A DNA stretch of 64,000 nucleotides from an uncultured Verrucomicrobiae bacterium. GTDB lineage: Bacteria > Verrucomicrobiota > Verrucomicrobiia > Chthoniobacterales > JAFAMB01. The position numbers were made by a program, and so were the translations under genes. Position 1 is the stretch's first letter, and the number at the start of each line of letters is the position of its first letter. The stretch is taken from NCBI GenBank assembly GCA_963813025.1, contig CAWEXO010000011.1, positions 832,001-896,000 on the forward strand, in the 5' to 3' direction. Positions 16,052 to 26,584 of the stretch are shown piece after piece. The notes beneath the pieces were generated by a model. It saw only the letters and a list, made by a program, of their open reading frames with translations, did no database searches and was not told the DNA's origin.

Positions 16052-16841
16052 ATGCAGGCTCTGACGTGCGATTACCACACTCATCCGCAAGGTCACCGGG
16101 TAGTGCCTTACTCGCTGGAATTGCTGCAGCCCTGGATCGATCAGGCGCGCCAGAAGGGTATTGTCAGTCTCGCTTTTACTGACCACGATCGGTATCTCGC
16201 GGGCATCGATTTCGAGGTTATTGATCAAGTACGGGAACGAAATCCGGACGTGCAGATCCTGGCCGGTCTCGAGTTGGACAATGATCCGGTGACTTCGGTT
16301 GCCGGGCATCGTTGGGTCGAAAAGAACTGGGATCAATTGGATTTTGTGCTTGGCTCTGTCCACTACTTGCCTGGGGAAACGCGAGATGTTTGATGCCGCT
16401 GACCAAGCCGGCCAAATCGAGGCACGGGGCGCCGACCGCGCTTACGCGGAGTATCTTGACGAACTGGAGAAATTAATCCGCCGGGGCCGCATCGATTGCC
16501 TCGCGCATCTCGACCTAGTGAAAATCCACGGACACAGAGTGCAGCAAGGCGATACCGTCGCCCTGTTCCGTCCCATTTTGGAATTGGCAAAGCAGTCTGG
16601 ACTGGGAATAGAAGCAAGCACGGCGGGCTGGCGAAAAAAGGTGAGGGAACAATACCCGGCCGCTACTCTGCTTGCGCAGGCGGGTCGTTTGGGTTTACCG
16701 ATCACGACTGCTTCAGACGCCCACTCCCACATGCAGGTTGCGGCGGACTACGATCGGCTTTCCGCAGTGCTTTCGGGAAATGTAGGCGAGACGGTAAAGT
16801 ATTGGCGGCACCGGCCTATTTCGCCTCTCCCTCAAAGCTGA
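16052..16841 (+). CDS. PHP-domain histidinol-phosphatase (HisJ family), apparent frameshift at ~16382
   Basis: DYHTH, FTDH, GLELD, VLGSVHY, then LAHLDLVK and TTASDAH in the next frame. Confidence 0.85.
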
Positions 16842-17901
16842 AATTCGATCTGAATGGATCCCAGATATGGGCCGTATCTTGCTCCGGTGGCTGCCTTGCC
16901 GTCGAAGTATGCTGAACCAGGACCTGCTCGGATTGGCCATGTTGCACCGCGCGATTGTAGGTCAGCACGCCTTGGAGAAGCGCTTGAGCGAGCAATTGCC
17001 GGTAGGTCGGACTCGCAATCCGCGCACAATCCTGCGCATTGGTCAGAAAACCGCCTTCAATCAGGACGGCTGGGATCGTGACATCGCGCAGGACCACAAA
17101 TCGCGCGCGCTTGATGCCGCGATCGGGGGCGCCGGTTCGTATGATCAACGCCCCGTGCATCGCCGTAGCCAGAGCGATGTTCTCGGCGTCGCAACTGTTC
17201 CCGGCCGCTGGTTGAAAATCCGCAAAGGTCAAGAAAGGATCATTGGTGGAAGGCACTCCCCGCAGCGCCAGACAATAGGTCTCAATACCCCCAGCTTCCG
17301 GGTTGATCCCGAAATTAAAATGGATGCTGATGAAAAGTGCGTTGGTTTGGTGACTGGCAAAAAAGGCTCTCAGCTCAAGCGGAATGTAAACATCCGAGGC
17401 TCGGGTCATACGCACAATGAAACCTGCGTTGGCGAGTAACTCTCGCGCGCGCAGGGCGACATCGAGTGCGAAGGTCTTCTCGTTGCCCAGAAAGCTTAGG
17501 GCCCCTTGATCAAAACCGCCGTGGCCGGGATCCAGCACGACAGTGGTGACCGGAGCCGTCTGCAGATGGGCGGGCCGGAGCACCGGGTCGACAATTTTAC
17601 TGAGATCCATCCGTGAAATAAGGACTTGGTTGTCCGCGCGAAGGATCGGAAAATTCAGCACGAATTTCAGACCATTGAGATAAAGGTAACGCGAGCCGTC
17701 CGCAGTCTGGAGTTGCAGGTTGGGGCCGGACAAGAGCACGGCATCGTTAGAGTAATCGGACTTCGAGAAGCCGTAGAACCGCGCGACGTCGCTGAACGGG
17801 ATGTAATCCCGCCCGTCCTGTTTAGTCAATGTCCAATTGAAACCGAGAAGCCTGGTTCCAAGAAGCAGCAGGCAGCCGATGCAAACCAGGCAACGACGCA
17901 T
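16816..17901 (-). CDS. N-acetylmuramoyl-L-alanine amidase (Amidase_3)
   Basis: Signal peptide; VVLDPGHGG, E, FISIHFN, PAVLIEGGFLTN. Confidence 0.93.
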   Translation of the reverse strand: MRRCLVCIGCLLLLGTRLLGFNWTLTKQDGRDYIPFSDVARFYGFSKSDYSNDAVLLSGPNLQLQTADGSRYLYLNGLKFVLNFPILRADNQVLISRMDLSKIVDPVLRPAHLQTAPVTTVVLDPGHGGFDQGALSFLGNEKTFALDVALRARELLANAGFIVRMTRASDVYIPLELRAFFASHQTNALFISIHFNFGINPEAGGIETYCLALRGVPSTNDPFLTFADFQPAAGNSCDAENIALATAMHGALIIRTGAPDRGIKRARFVVLRDVTIPAVLIEGGFLTNAQDCARIASPTYRQLLAQALLQGVLTYNRAVQHGQSEQVLVQHTSTARQPPEQDTAHIWDPFRSNFSFEGEAK

Positions 17902-17998
17902 TAAGGTGTGAGGATGCGCGGGTCAGGCCGGGAGATCAAGGGAAATGAGACGATGCCTTCTTGCCATCGATCCGATCTCATCCCATGTTCCGCTTCCC

Positions 17999-20602
17999 AT
18001 GAATTCTGAAATTTCGACAGCCTACGACCCGCGCGCTGTCGAGAGCAAATGGTACGATGCGTGGCTGACGCACGAAGATTTCCGGGCGGATGCAGCTTCG
18101 CCCAAACCACCGTATTCAATCGTGATCCCTCCGCCGAATGTGACGGGAGTGCTGACGCTCGGTCACGTTTTGAACACCACGATTCAGGATATCCTCGCGC
18201 GCCGTGCCCGGATGCTGGGAAAAGAGGTGCTCTGGCTGCCCGGGGTCGATCATGCGGGAATCGCCACGCAGACGGTGGTAGAGCGCGAGCTGCGCAAGCA
18301 AGGAAAGACCCGGCGCGAAATCGGACGAGACGCCTTCGTCCAGGCCGTCTGGCAATGGAAGGAAAAACAAGGCGGCATTATTATCGAACAACTCAAGAAG
18401 CTCGGGTGCTCTTGCGACTGGTCGCGTCAGCGTTTTACCATGGATCCGGAGTACTCGCGGGCAGTGCGTCAAGCCTTCATCGATCTGTACGGTAAGGGAC
18501 TGATTTATCGGGGAAAACGCATGGTGAACTGGTGCCCAGCCTCGCTGACCGCGCTGTCTGACGAGGAAGTCATCGCGACACCAACCAAGGGAATTCTTTA
18601 TTTCATGCGCTATGAGGTGGTGGAGGAGCCCGGCGTGTTTCTGGAAATTGCGACGACTCGTCCGGAGACCCTGATGGGTGATACTGCGGTTGCGGTAAAT
18701 CCGCGTGATCCTCGCTACCAGAGGTTCATTGGACAACATAGCTGGAGACCTTTTCCACGCGCGCAAATTCCGATTATCGCTGACGAGGCGATCGATCCAG
18801 AGTTTGGTACGGGCGTCTTGAAAGTGACGCCGGCACACGATGCGGCCGATTTTGCCATTGGCCAGCGACACCAGCTCGCGATCCTCGACGTGATGAATCC
18901 GGACGGCACGATGAACGAGCTGGCTGGAGGTGAGTTTGTGGGTCTGGACCGGTTCGAGGCCCGAACTGTGGCCGCCGACAAACTGCGCGAACTTGGCCTG
19001 TTGATCCGCGAAGAACCCTACGAGAATAATGTGGGTTACAGTGAACGCGCCGGGGTTCCCATCGAACCGAGGTTAAGTGAGCAATGGTTCCTGCACTATC
19101 CACAAGCGGATCGAGCATTGGCCGCGGTTGAATCTGGCCGCGTTCATTTCCGCCCGGAACGCTGGGTCAAAGTTCTCCAGCATTGGATGGAGAATTTGGA
19201 GGATTGGTGTATCAGCCGCCAACTCTGGTGGGGTCATCAAATCCCTGTTTGGTATTCGAAGAAAGATCACGCAAAACTGCACGTGGCCACAAAGCCACCG
19301 GCGGATCCGGAAAATTGGGAACAGGATCCTGACGTGCTCGACACCTGGTTTTCTTCGTGGCTCTGGCCTTTCGCCACCATGGACGAGGAAACTCGCCGAA
19401 AGTTTTATCCCACGCAGGACCTGGTGACCGCGCCAGATATCATATTTTTGTGGGTCGCGCGCATGATCATGGCGAGTCTCGAGTACACAAATCAAGAACC
19501 TTTTGCGAACGTGTTCTTTACGGGGATCATTCGCGACGCCGAAGGGCGAAAGATGTCGAAGAGTCTGGGTAATTCTCCGGACCCGCTCGAATTGATCGAT
19601 AAGTACGGAGCGGACGGGTTGCGATTTGGTTTGCTGCGGATCGCTCCCCATGGGCAAGATATCCGCTTCGACGAAAAACAAATCGAGGAAGGGCGTAACT
19701 TCGCGAACAAACTGTGGAATGCCTGCCGGTTTCGGCAGTTGCAAGGAGGGCGGACTGCGGGCATTCAGCCGGGCCAGAAACTGTCACCGTATTCGTCATG
19801 GATTATCGATCGTTTGCAACGCACGATTGATCGGGTGGAAGGGGGGTACGCTAATTACCTATTCACCGACATCGCGCAGGCTCTCTACGAGTATGTCTGG
19901 AGCGATTTCTGCGACTGGTATCTTGAAGCCTCCAAGAGCGAGTTACAAAGCGGTTCAACCGAAATCCGGGAAAATTGTCTGGCCGTCATCGATACGGTGA
20001 TTTCCGTGATCCTGCGTTTACTGCACCCCTTCATGCCGCACTTGACCGAGGAGCTGTGGTTCCGGATGGAGTTCGGCTCTGGTACCATCCAGACGGCCTC
20101 TGTGACAAGTTTGAAGGTCCCGGTCAGCGTCGACCAGTCGGACGTTGAATTTGCCCGCGACATCTTCGCTTCGGCCACTCTGGCGAGAAATCTGCGCGCT
20201 GAATTTCAAGTTCCATCTAATCGCAAAGTTCGCCTGATCATGAAACCGGCCAGGGATGCTGATTACACCGTGCTGGCCCGGCTCATTAATGCCGATCCGT
20301 TGGACATCAACCCCGGGTTTACCGGACCACCAGGGATGCCGGTCGCCCTAACGCGGGTTGGCGAAATCTATCTTCCGCTTGAGGGCCTCATCGATCTGGG
20401 GGCGGAACGCACTCGCCTCGGAAAGGAAATCAGCAAGCTCGAGACCGAACTGGAAACGGTTCGCAAGAAGCTGGGTAACCTGAGCTTCGTCGAGCGCGCA
20501 CCTCAAGCCGTGGTCGAAGAGCATCAGCGCCGGGAACAGGAGTTTCTCAGCCGCCTGACCCAGGTAAAAGGACGGCTCGCCGCACTGGACCAATTGAGGT
20601 AG
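17999..20602 (+). CDS. valS: Valine--tRNA ligase
   Basis: PPPNVTGVLTLGH, DHAGIATQ, DWCISRQLWWGH, KMSKS, C-terminal coiled coil. Confidence 0.98.
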   Translation: MNSEISTAYDPRAVESKWYDAWLTHEDFRADAASPKPPYSIVIPPPNVTGVLTLGHVLNTTIQDILARRARMLGKEVLWLPGVDHAGIATQTVVERELRKQGKTRREIGRDAFVQAVWQWKEKQGGIIIEQLKKLGCSCDWSRQRFTMDPEYSRAVRQAFIDLYGKGLIYRGKRMVNWCPASLTALSDEEVIATPTKGILYFMRYEVVEEPGVFLEIATTRPETLMGDTAVAVNPRDPRYQRFIGQHSWRPFPRAQIPIIADEAIDPEFGTGVLKVTPAHDAADFAIGQRHQLAILDVMNPDGTMNELAGGEFVGLDRFEARTVAADKLRELGLLIREEPYENNVGYSERAGVPIEPRLSEQWFLHYPQADRALAAVESGRVHFRPERWVKVLQHWMENLEDWCISRQLWWGHQIPVWYSKKDHAKLHVATKPPADPENWEQDPDVLDTWFSSWLWPFATMDEETRRKFYPTQDLVTAPDIIFLWVARMIMASLEYTNQEPFANVFFTGIIRDAEGRKMSKSLGNSPDPLELIDKYGADGLRFGLLRIAPHGQDIRFDEKQIEEGRNFANKLWNACRFRQLQGGRTAGIQPGQKLSPYSSWIIDRLQRTIDRVEGGYANYLFTDIAQALYEYVWSDFCDWYLEASKSELQSGSTEIRENCLAVIDTVISVILRLLHPFMPHLTEELWFRMEFGSGTIQTASVTSLKVPVSVDQSDVEFARDIFASATLARNLRAEFQVPSNRKVRLIMKPARDADYTVLARLINADPLDINPGFTGPPGMPVALTRVGEIYLPLEGLIDLGAERTRLGKEISKLETELETVRKKLGNLSFVERAPQAVVEEHQRREQEFLSRLTQVKGRLAALDQLR

Positions 20603-20821
20603 AATGCTACGGCCAATATCAGTGCTAGTGCCTGTTGTGCGCCATAAGACCTAAGCAAACTCCGTACTTCGCCTGCTTTCCCTCACGACCTTGTTTTCCT
20701 GGCAGGATTCTTTGCAACGCTTCTTTTAGATCTTTCGGTGTTTTCGTTTTCCTGCCGATATGTCGAAGATTTTGAACAACGATTTGGTTGTAGCTAGGCC
20801 ACGCTGTGGTTCCGTCTAAAG

Positions 20822-21247
20822 ATGCAGGTTCCTGGATTACGCAGTTCGTTCGAGAAAGTTGGCGCTATTGTCTTCTTTGGCCGGATGCTGGATAAGATCC
20901 GGCTCAACGCTGATGGTAAATTGCCGTCAGGCTACAATCTTGGCACGGCTGACCGCACCTTTTTCGATGCACGATGCACCGCGTTTCTCGGAGTGGAGTA
21001 CTCAGCGCTCGTCAAGCGAGTTCTGGATGGCGGTTCCGATGAAGAGGTCTTGGCTTGGTGCTTTCAGCAGGGGAGACAACCAAGTGCCGAGGAGGTCGAA
21101 GTGTGGAATGAGTTTATGATTAAGCGTGGGCTGCGGGACGTGTCCAGTGCAGAGCTCGAGCGAGTGAAGAAGGATCACGGATTCGCGGATCGACACGACA
21201 TTCAAACGTGGTTTGATTTTCATCGAGCGGATGAAGGGCAGGCTTAA
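20822..21247 (+). CDS. DUF5069-like protein
   Basis: LRS..EKVG..VFFGRMLDKIRL...FLGVEY...WCF pattern, recalled from this family; not verified by search. Confidence 0.75.
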   Translation: MQVPGLRSSFEKVGAIVFFGRMLDKIRLNADGKLPSGYNLGTADRTFFDARCTAFLGVEYSALVKRVLDGGSDEEVLAWCFQQGRQPSAEEVEVWNEFMIKRGLRDVSSAELERVKKDHGFADRHDIQTWFDFHRADEGQA

Positions 21248-23991
21248 TGTCGCAACATCTCGAAAAAATTCTCGCGCACGCCGAACGTAAGCTGGTTGTG
21301 GAGGGAAGAGGTTTCCTGCGGGAACGGTTGGCGCTCTACAAAAAATTTCTCAAGCTGGAGGAGCACCGGCTCCGGCTGAAGCACTATTCCGGGGCGGGCG
21401 GACTGGAAATTGTGCGCGACCGGGCAAACTTGCTCGACGTTGTGCTTCGGCATCTCTTCGAGGGCGCGCTGGAGCACTCGCTCTACGCTGACCAAACTCC
21501 GCCTTTCTCGCTCCTGGCAATCGGCGGGTACGGCAGAGGAGAGTTGAACCCCTACAGCGACGTCGACATTCTTTTTCTGCACGATCAGACGAAATTTTCC
21601 GCACAGGCTGCCGCTGTCGTCGAGCAGATCCTTTATATGTTGTGGGATAGCGGGTTCAAGGTCGGACATGCCACCCGATCCATCAGAGACGCGATCCACC
21701 TGGCTAACAGTGATGTTTTGACAAAAACGTCGCTCCTCGAGTCGCGTTACCTCGCCGGGGACCGCCGCTTGCACGCCAAATTCCGAACCCAGTTTTTCGA
21801 ACACTGTGTGCGCGGGCAGGTAAATCGCTATCTATCCTGGCGGCTGGAAAACCAGGAAGAGCGGCACCGGAAATACGGTGGTTCGGTGTTTATGCAGGAA
21901 CCAAACGTCAAGAATGGCTGTGGCGGACTGCGAGACTACCACAACATGCAATGGATTTCGTATTTCCGGGAAGGACAGATGAGCACCGCCAAGCTGGTAG
22001 AGGTCAAGTACATCAGCGAGAGCGACCGCCGCGCCATCGATCGAGCTTACGATTTCCTGCTCCGTGTTCGGACGGAGCTCCACTACCTGACTGGCCGTCC
22101 AGCCGACGTTGTGAGTCTCTTTTTCCAGGGACAGATCGCCAACAAGTTTGGCTATCCGCAAAAAAACATTTTGCGGCGAAGCGAAGAGTTCATGCGCGAT
22201 TACTACAAGCATGCGCGGATGATTTACTTGATTGCACAATCGGTCACGGAACGTTTTCTGTTACCGATCGATCTGGAAAGTGATCGGCGGCCGGTTTTTG
22301 GCTTCCTGGCCAAGCGGAAACTCAAAACCGAATACTTCGATGGATTTTATAGCCGCACCGTTTCCATTTTCTTCGAGAATCGCGAAATCTTTCATCGGGA
22401 TCCTTTTCGCCTGATGCGCGTTTTCCTCTATGCGCAGCAACGGGAGCTCCGGCTGAGTCCCGAGCTGCAACAACTCATTCGACGACGGACCCGGCTGGTG
22501 AATCGCACGTTTCAGTATGCCCGAGCCGCCCGGGAAACGTTTCAGGCGATTCTGTCGCGCAAAGGACAGGTGGGCCGGATCCTACGGATGATGCATGAAG
22601 TGGATTTTTTGGGCCGATACATCCCGGAGTTTGGAGAATTAACCTGCTTGGTGCAGCACGAGTTCTATCATAGTTATACGGCCGATGAGCACACTTTGGT
22701 CTGCCTGGAAAAGCTTGATTCTCTGATCGACACGAGAGATCCGAAACTGCTCGACTATCAAAAGCTCTTCCAAAACCTGGAAGATCCTTATGTGCTCTAC
22801 CTGGCACTGCTCTTGCACGATACTGGCAAAGCTTCCGGCGCCCGCCATCATTCGGAAGCCAGTGCGCTGAATGCGCAAAAAGTGGCGGCACGGCTGCAAC
22901 TTTCGCCGGAGCGGCGGCGACGGTTAATTTTTCTGGTCGATCATCACCTGACCATGTCGGAACACGCGCAGCGGCGCAATCTCGAGGACCCAGCGACTAT
23001 CGCGGACTTTGCCGACATTGTGCGGACGCAAGGAAATCTCGACAGCTTGATGCTGGTCACCCTGGCCGATGGTAAGGGAACGAGCGGTCAGAACTGGTCG
23101 GATTGGAAAGAGTCGCTCGTTTGGCAGCTCTATCATTCCACGTCGAGTTATCTGCACAGTGCCGAGGAGTTTTTCGCGCATCGCCGCATCGAACGAGAGG
23201 GACTTCGCCAGGCGGTTGCCAAACGAATGGCGCGAGACTTCGCCGAAGAGATCGAAGTCCATTTCAATTGCATGCCGGACCGATATTTCCAGAGCCACAA
23301 CGTTAATGAGATAGTCGGCCATATTCGTCTGTTTCGCAGTTTTCTGGAGACGCGCGCCAGCGATCCGGCCAACGCGTTGAGCGCCAGTATCCGTTGGCAC
23401 AGCAAACCGGACCAAGGACACAGCGAATGCTGGATTTGCACTTGGGATCGCGCGGCCCTTATGGCCAAGACTGCCGGTTCTTTTGCCACCGCTTCGATCA
23501 ACATCCTGAGTGCCGACGCTTACACCCGGACCGACAATCTGGCCTTGGGAATTTACCGGGTTTGCGACACGAATTTTCAGGCCGTTGATGAGTTGCGGGA
23601 GCAAAAAAATGTCGAGAATGTTTTAAGCAAAGCCTTGCTCAAACAGGACTTCGATTTCGGTTCGCTCCTGGCCAAGGCGCGGCGGCGAACGGCTTTCCGC
23701 CTGCCGCCAGAACTTGAGTTCCCGACAAAACTCGTCATTTCCAATGATATACACCCGGCCTATACGGTGATAGACCTCCAGGCGACTGATCGACTCGGTC
23801 TGCTCTACGATGTGCTCGGTTGCTTGTGGCGGGTCGGCATCAACATCGTGCATTCCCGGATCGCGACCGAAAAAGGAGCTGCTTTTGACAGCTTCTACGT
23901 TACCGACTTCGAGGGAAAAAAGGTGTTCGAGGAGGCGCGGTTGGATGAATTACAACGAGACCTTCTACGCGCGGCGACCGGGTATGGATAA
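21247..23991 (+). CDS. glnD: [protein-PII] uridylyltransferase
   Basis: AIGGYGRGELNPYSDVD, EPNVKNGCGGLRD, YTADEH, LLHDTGK (HD domain), C-terminal ACT domains (DRLGLLYD). Confidence 0.97.
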   Translation: MSQHLEKILAHAERKLVVEGRGFLRERLALYKKFLKLEEHRLRLKHYSGAGGLEIVRDRANLLDVVLRHLFEGALEHSLYADQTPPFSLLAIGGYGRGELNPYSDVDILFLHDQTKFSAQAAAVVEQILYMLWDSGFKVGHATRSIRDAIHLANSDVLTKTSLLESRYLAGDRRLHAKFRTQFFEHCVRGQVNRYLSWRLENQEERHRKYGGSVFMQEPNVKNGCGGLRDYHNMQWISYFREGQMSTAKLVEVKYISESDRRAIDRAYDFLLRVRTELHYLTGRPADVVSLFFQGQIANKFGYPQKNILRRSEEFMRDYYKHARMIYLIAQSVTERFLLPIDLESDRRPVFGFLAKRKLKTEYFDGFYSRTVSIFFENREIFHRDPFRLMRVFLYAQQRELRLSPELQQLIRRRTRLVNRTFQYARAARETFQAILSRKGQVGRILRMMHEVDFLGRYIPEFGELTCLVQHEFYHSYTADEHTLVCLEKLDSLIDTRDPKLLDYQKLFQNLEDPYVLYLALLLHDTGKASGARHHSEASALNAQKVAARLQLSPERRRRLIFLVDHHLTMSEHAQRRNLEDPATIADFADIVRTQGNLDSLMLVTLADGKGTSGQNWSDWKESLVWQLYHSTSSYLHSAEEFFAHRRIEREGLRQAVAKRMARDFAEEIEVHFNCMPDRYFQSHNVNEIVGHIRLFRSFLETRASDPANALSASIRWHSKPDQGHSECWICTWDRAALMAKTAGSFATASINILSADAYTRTDNLALGIYRVCDTNFQAVDELREQKNVENVLSKALLKQDFDFGSLLAKARRRTAFRLPPELEFPTKLVISNDIHPAYTVIDLQATDRLGLLYDVLGCLWRVGINIVHSRIATEKGAAFDSFYVTDFEGKKVFEEARLDELQRDLLRAATGYG

Positions 23992-24050
23992 TGACCGATG
24001 ACCGATGTGCCAATTACCGATGGCCGATGACGGATGGCACTAACACTGAC
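23991..24050. repeat. Degenerate heptamer array (ATGACCG), single arm
   Basis: atgaccg atgaccg atgtgcca attaccg atggccg atgacgg atgg between glnD and the permease. Confidence 0.7.
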
Positions 24051-24064
24051 CTCGCGCTGCCCGG

Positions 24065-26584
24065 ATGCACTTCTTTCTGCAACAGGTCCTTCGTTACGCT
24101 CAGCGGCACAGGCTGCTGGCGATCATGAACGTCCTGAGCATCGCTCTGGGGGTCGCGGTCTTTCTCGCCGTCCAGATTGCTAACCGTAGCGCGGTGAGCG
24201 CTTTTGAGGCCGGCATCGATCTTGTAGCTGGACGAGCCCAACTCGAGGCGCGCGGCGACATCCCCGACCACTTGTGGCCTCACCTGCGCAAAGTGCCCGG
24301 CGTGACCGCCGCTACCCCTTTGGTTGAGGGGACGGTTACGTTGCCCGATTTTCCCGGCGAGTATCTGCACGTGATCGGTCTGGACCCGTTCACCAATGGT
24401 CCGTTTGCAACCTTCAAGATCAAGGACTGGGGCCTCGCCGCGGATGGTCAAGACTGGTTCGGTAATCCGCGGTCGATCGTGGTTCCCACCCGCTTTGCAG
24501 AAGAGCGTCACCTTAACAAAGGAGATCCGCTTCGGGTGACGCTCAACGAGCGTACCGTTGATTTAAAGATTACGGCCATTCTTGATTCGCCACAGCTCGA
24601 TGCGCATCTGGCGGCCATGGATATCGGCTGGGCTCAGGAATTGTTTGGAAAATCTGGCCAGCTGACCGCCGTGCTTTTCCGCTTGGCCGACCCGAAAAAC
24701 CCAGAAGCGGTGCAAGCGGCGATTCGCCGGTTGTTGCCTGCGGACGTCGCTGTTCAACCTCCGGACCAGCGAAACGTTCAGGTGGCGAAAATGCTGGGCG
24801 GATTCCAACTCAATCTGACCGCTTTGAGTATGGTTTCGCTGCTGGTCGGTCTCTTTCTGGTATACAACACGATCACTGCTTCAGCCGTTCGCCGGCAGCA
24901 CGAGATCGGGATCTTGCGATCGATCGGGATGAGTCGCCGACGCATTCAATGGTTATTCCTGAGCGAAGCGGCATTCTACGGTGTCGTTGGGTCTGCGCTC
25001 GGCTGCGTTCTGGGACTGGCTCTCGCCAATTATCTGGTGGAGATCGTCGCGCGAACGGTCACGAACCTGTACATCCTGACCAGGGTAGAGCATCTTTTTA
25101 TTCCATTTTTTGAGCTGCCTTTCGTCTTTGCGCTGGGTATTGCAGCAGCGCTCGCTGGCGCCTGGTTTCCAGCCCGCGCGGCCGGTAATCTGCCGCCGTT
25201 GGAAGCATTGAGCCCTGGGTTCGGTCCGACGAGGCCCCGCTGGAGAGATCTTCTCTGGATTCTGTTGAGTCTCGTCTGCGCCGGCGCCGCCTTGCTCTGC
25301 GGAATGATTGCTTTGTCAGGTTTCCGAATCGCCGGATTTGCCTCGGCGTTTTTTGTGCTGGCCGGATCATGCTTTCTCGCGCCCAGCGTTACGCGGTGGA
25401 TCGGCATCGGCGTGGCACGACTGGGGGCCCTGCCGCGCGTGGTTCGCCTGGCCGGAAACAATTTCTCTCGTTCCGTAAACCGTCACGCCATCGCCGTGGC
25501 CGCCGTCAGCGCGGCCGTTGCGATGCTCGTAAGCGTATCCATTATGATCTATTCGTTTCGGATCACGGTGACGCGCTGGGTTGACCGCCGTCTGGTCGCG
25601 GACATCTTTTTGTCACCGGCTTCCAATGAGATTGTCGGATTCGAAAATTACCTTGCTCCCGGGCTGATCCGTTTTCTTCGCACGGTGCCGGGAGTCGCTT
25701 CGCTCGATTTTTTCCGTGATATCGAGGTTCGCTGCAACGGTGAGCCGACGTCCCTCGGCGTGGTGGTTGGATCGGAACATAACGTGCCGGAATTTGTCGG
25801 CGGAAATAACCGGCAAAAGTATCAGAATTTCTTTGATCGCGACACGGTGATCATCTCAGAACCTCTGGCCACACGGAGGCATCTCCGGTCGGGAGAGAAA
25901 TTGACGATTACCACTGCGGAAGGCGATCGCTCATTCCTCGTGCAAGGTATTTTTTACGATTACACCCGGGACGCCGGTCTGGTGCTCATGCAGGCAGCCA
26001 ACTTCCAGCGCTATTGGCATGACGATCGGTATAACTCCCTGGCGATCTATCTGCAGCCCGGCAGTTCGGTTGACCAGACGATCGCATACATCCGCGAGCA
26101 CTATCCGGGTTCCGAGTATTATTCCATTCGATCCAATCGAGATCTGCGTGCGCTAATCGCAAAGATTTTCGACCAAACCTTCGCGATTACCTATATTCTC
26201 CGGGTCGTGGCCATGATCGTAGCGATCAGCGGAATTACCTTGAATCTGATCGTCCTGATCAAGGAACGCGAGCGCCAGACGGGGATGCTTCGGTCGATCG
26301 GACTTTCTCAAGCCCGTCTGGGGTTACTGGTTCTGAGCGAGTCTGGACTGGCTGGCGTGGGCGCAATCTTGCTCGGTCTGGTCGGCGGCATCGGATTGGC
26401 CTACGTTTTGACGGAGGTGATTAACAAAGCGTTCTTTGGCTGGACGCTTCCCTTAGCCTGGCCGCTCCGGGAGTTGCTTACCATTCCGCTCCTGCTCTGG
26501 CCGATCGCTCTGCTCGCCGGCTTGTTTCCTGCTTGGCAGGCGGCTCAGAAGCCCGTGATCGAACTGATTCGCGAGACGCAATGA
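24065..26584 (+). CDS. ABC transporter permease (FtsX/MacB-like, duplicated halves)
   Basis: SIALGVAV, EIGILRSIG in the first half and GMLRSIG in the second; multiple TM segments and two periplasmic domains. Confidence 0.92.
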   Translation: MHFFLQQVLRYAQRHRLLAIMNVLSIALGVAVFLAVQIANRSAVSAFEAGIDLVAGRAQLEARGDIPDHLWPHLRKVPGVTAATPLVEGTVTLPDFPGEYLHVIGLDPFTNGPFATFKIKDWGLAADGQDWFGNPRSIVVPTRFAEERHLNKGDPLRVTLNERTVDLKITAILDSPQLDAHLAAMDIGWAQELFGKSGQLTAVLFRLADPKNPEAVQAAIRRLLPADVAVQPPDQRNVQVAKMLGGFQLNLTALSMVSLLVGLFLVYNTITASAVRRQHEIGILRSIGMSRRRIQWLFLSEAAFYGVVGSALGCVLGLALANYLVEIVARTVTNLYILTRVEHLFIPFFELPFVFALGIAAALAGAWFPARAAGNLPPLEALSPGFGPTRPRWRDLLWILLSLVCAGAALLCGMIALSGFRIAGFASAFFVLAGSCFLAPSVTRWIGIGVARLGALPRVVRLAGNNFSRSVNRHAIAVAAVSAAVAMLVSVSIMIYSFRITVTRWVDRRLVADIFLSPASNEIVGFENYLAPGLIRFLRTVPGVASLDFFRDIEVRCNGEPTSLGVVVGSEHNVPEFVGGNNRQKYQNFFDRDTVIISEPLATRRHLRSGEKLTITTAEGDRSFLVQGIFYDYTRDAGLVLMQAANFQRYWHDDRYNSLAIYLQPGSSVDQTIAYIREHYPGSEYYSIRSNRDLRALIAKIFDQTFAITYILRVVAMIVAISGITLNLIVLIKERERQTGMLRSIGLSQARLGLLVLSESGLAGVGAILLGLVGGIGLAYVLTEVINKAFFGWTLPLAWPLRELLTIPLLLWPIALLAGLFPAWQAAQKPVIELIRETQ

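Noticed and set aside
15414..16841. HNH + PHP as a two-gene anti-phage system
   Set aside because: The PHP protein looks like an ordinary HisJ-family histidinol phosphatase. There is no ATPase or methylase partner, and the context is housekeeping.
20603..20821. Possible RNA element between valS and the DUF5069-like gene
   Set aside because: Only a short GGCAGG/CCTGCC pair and a repeated GTTTTCCTG; not enough to support a structure.
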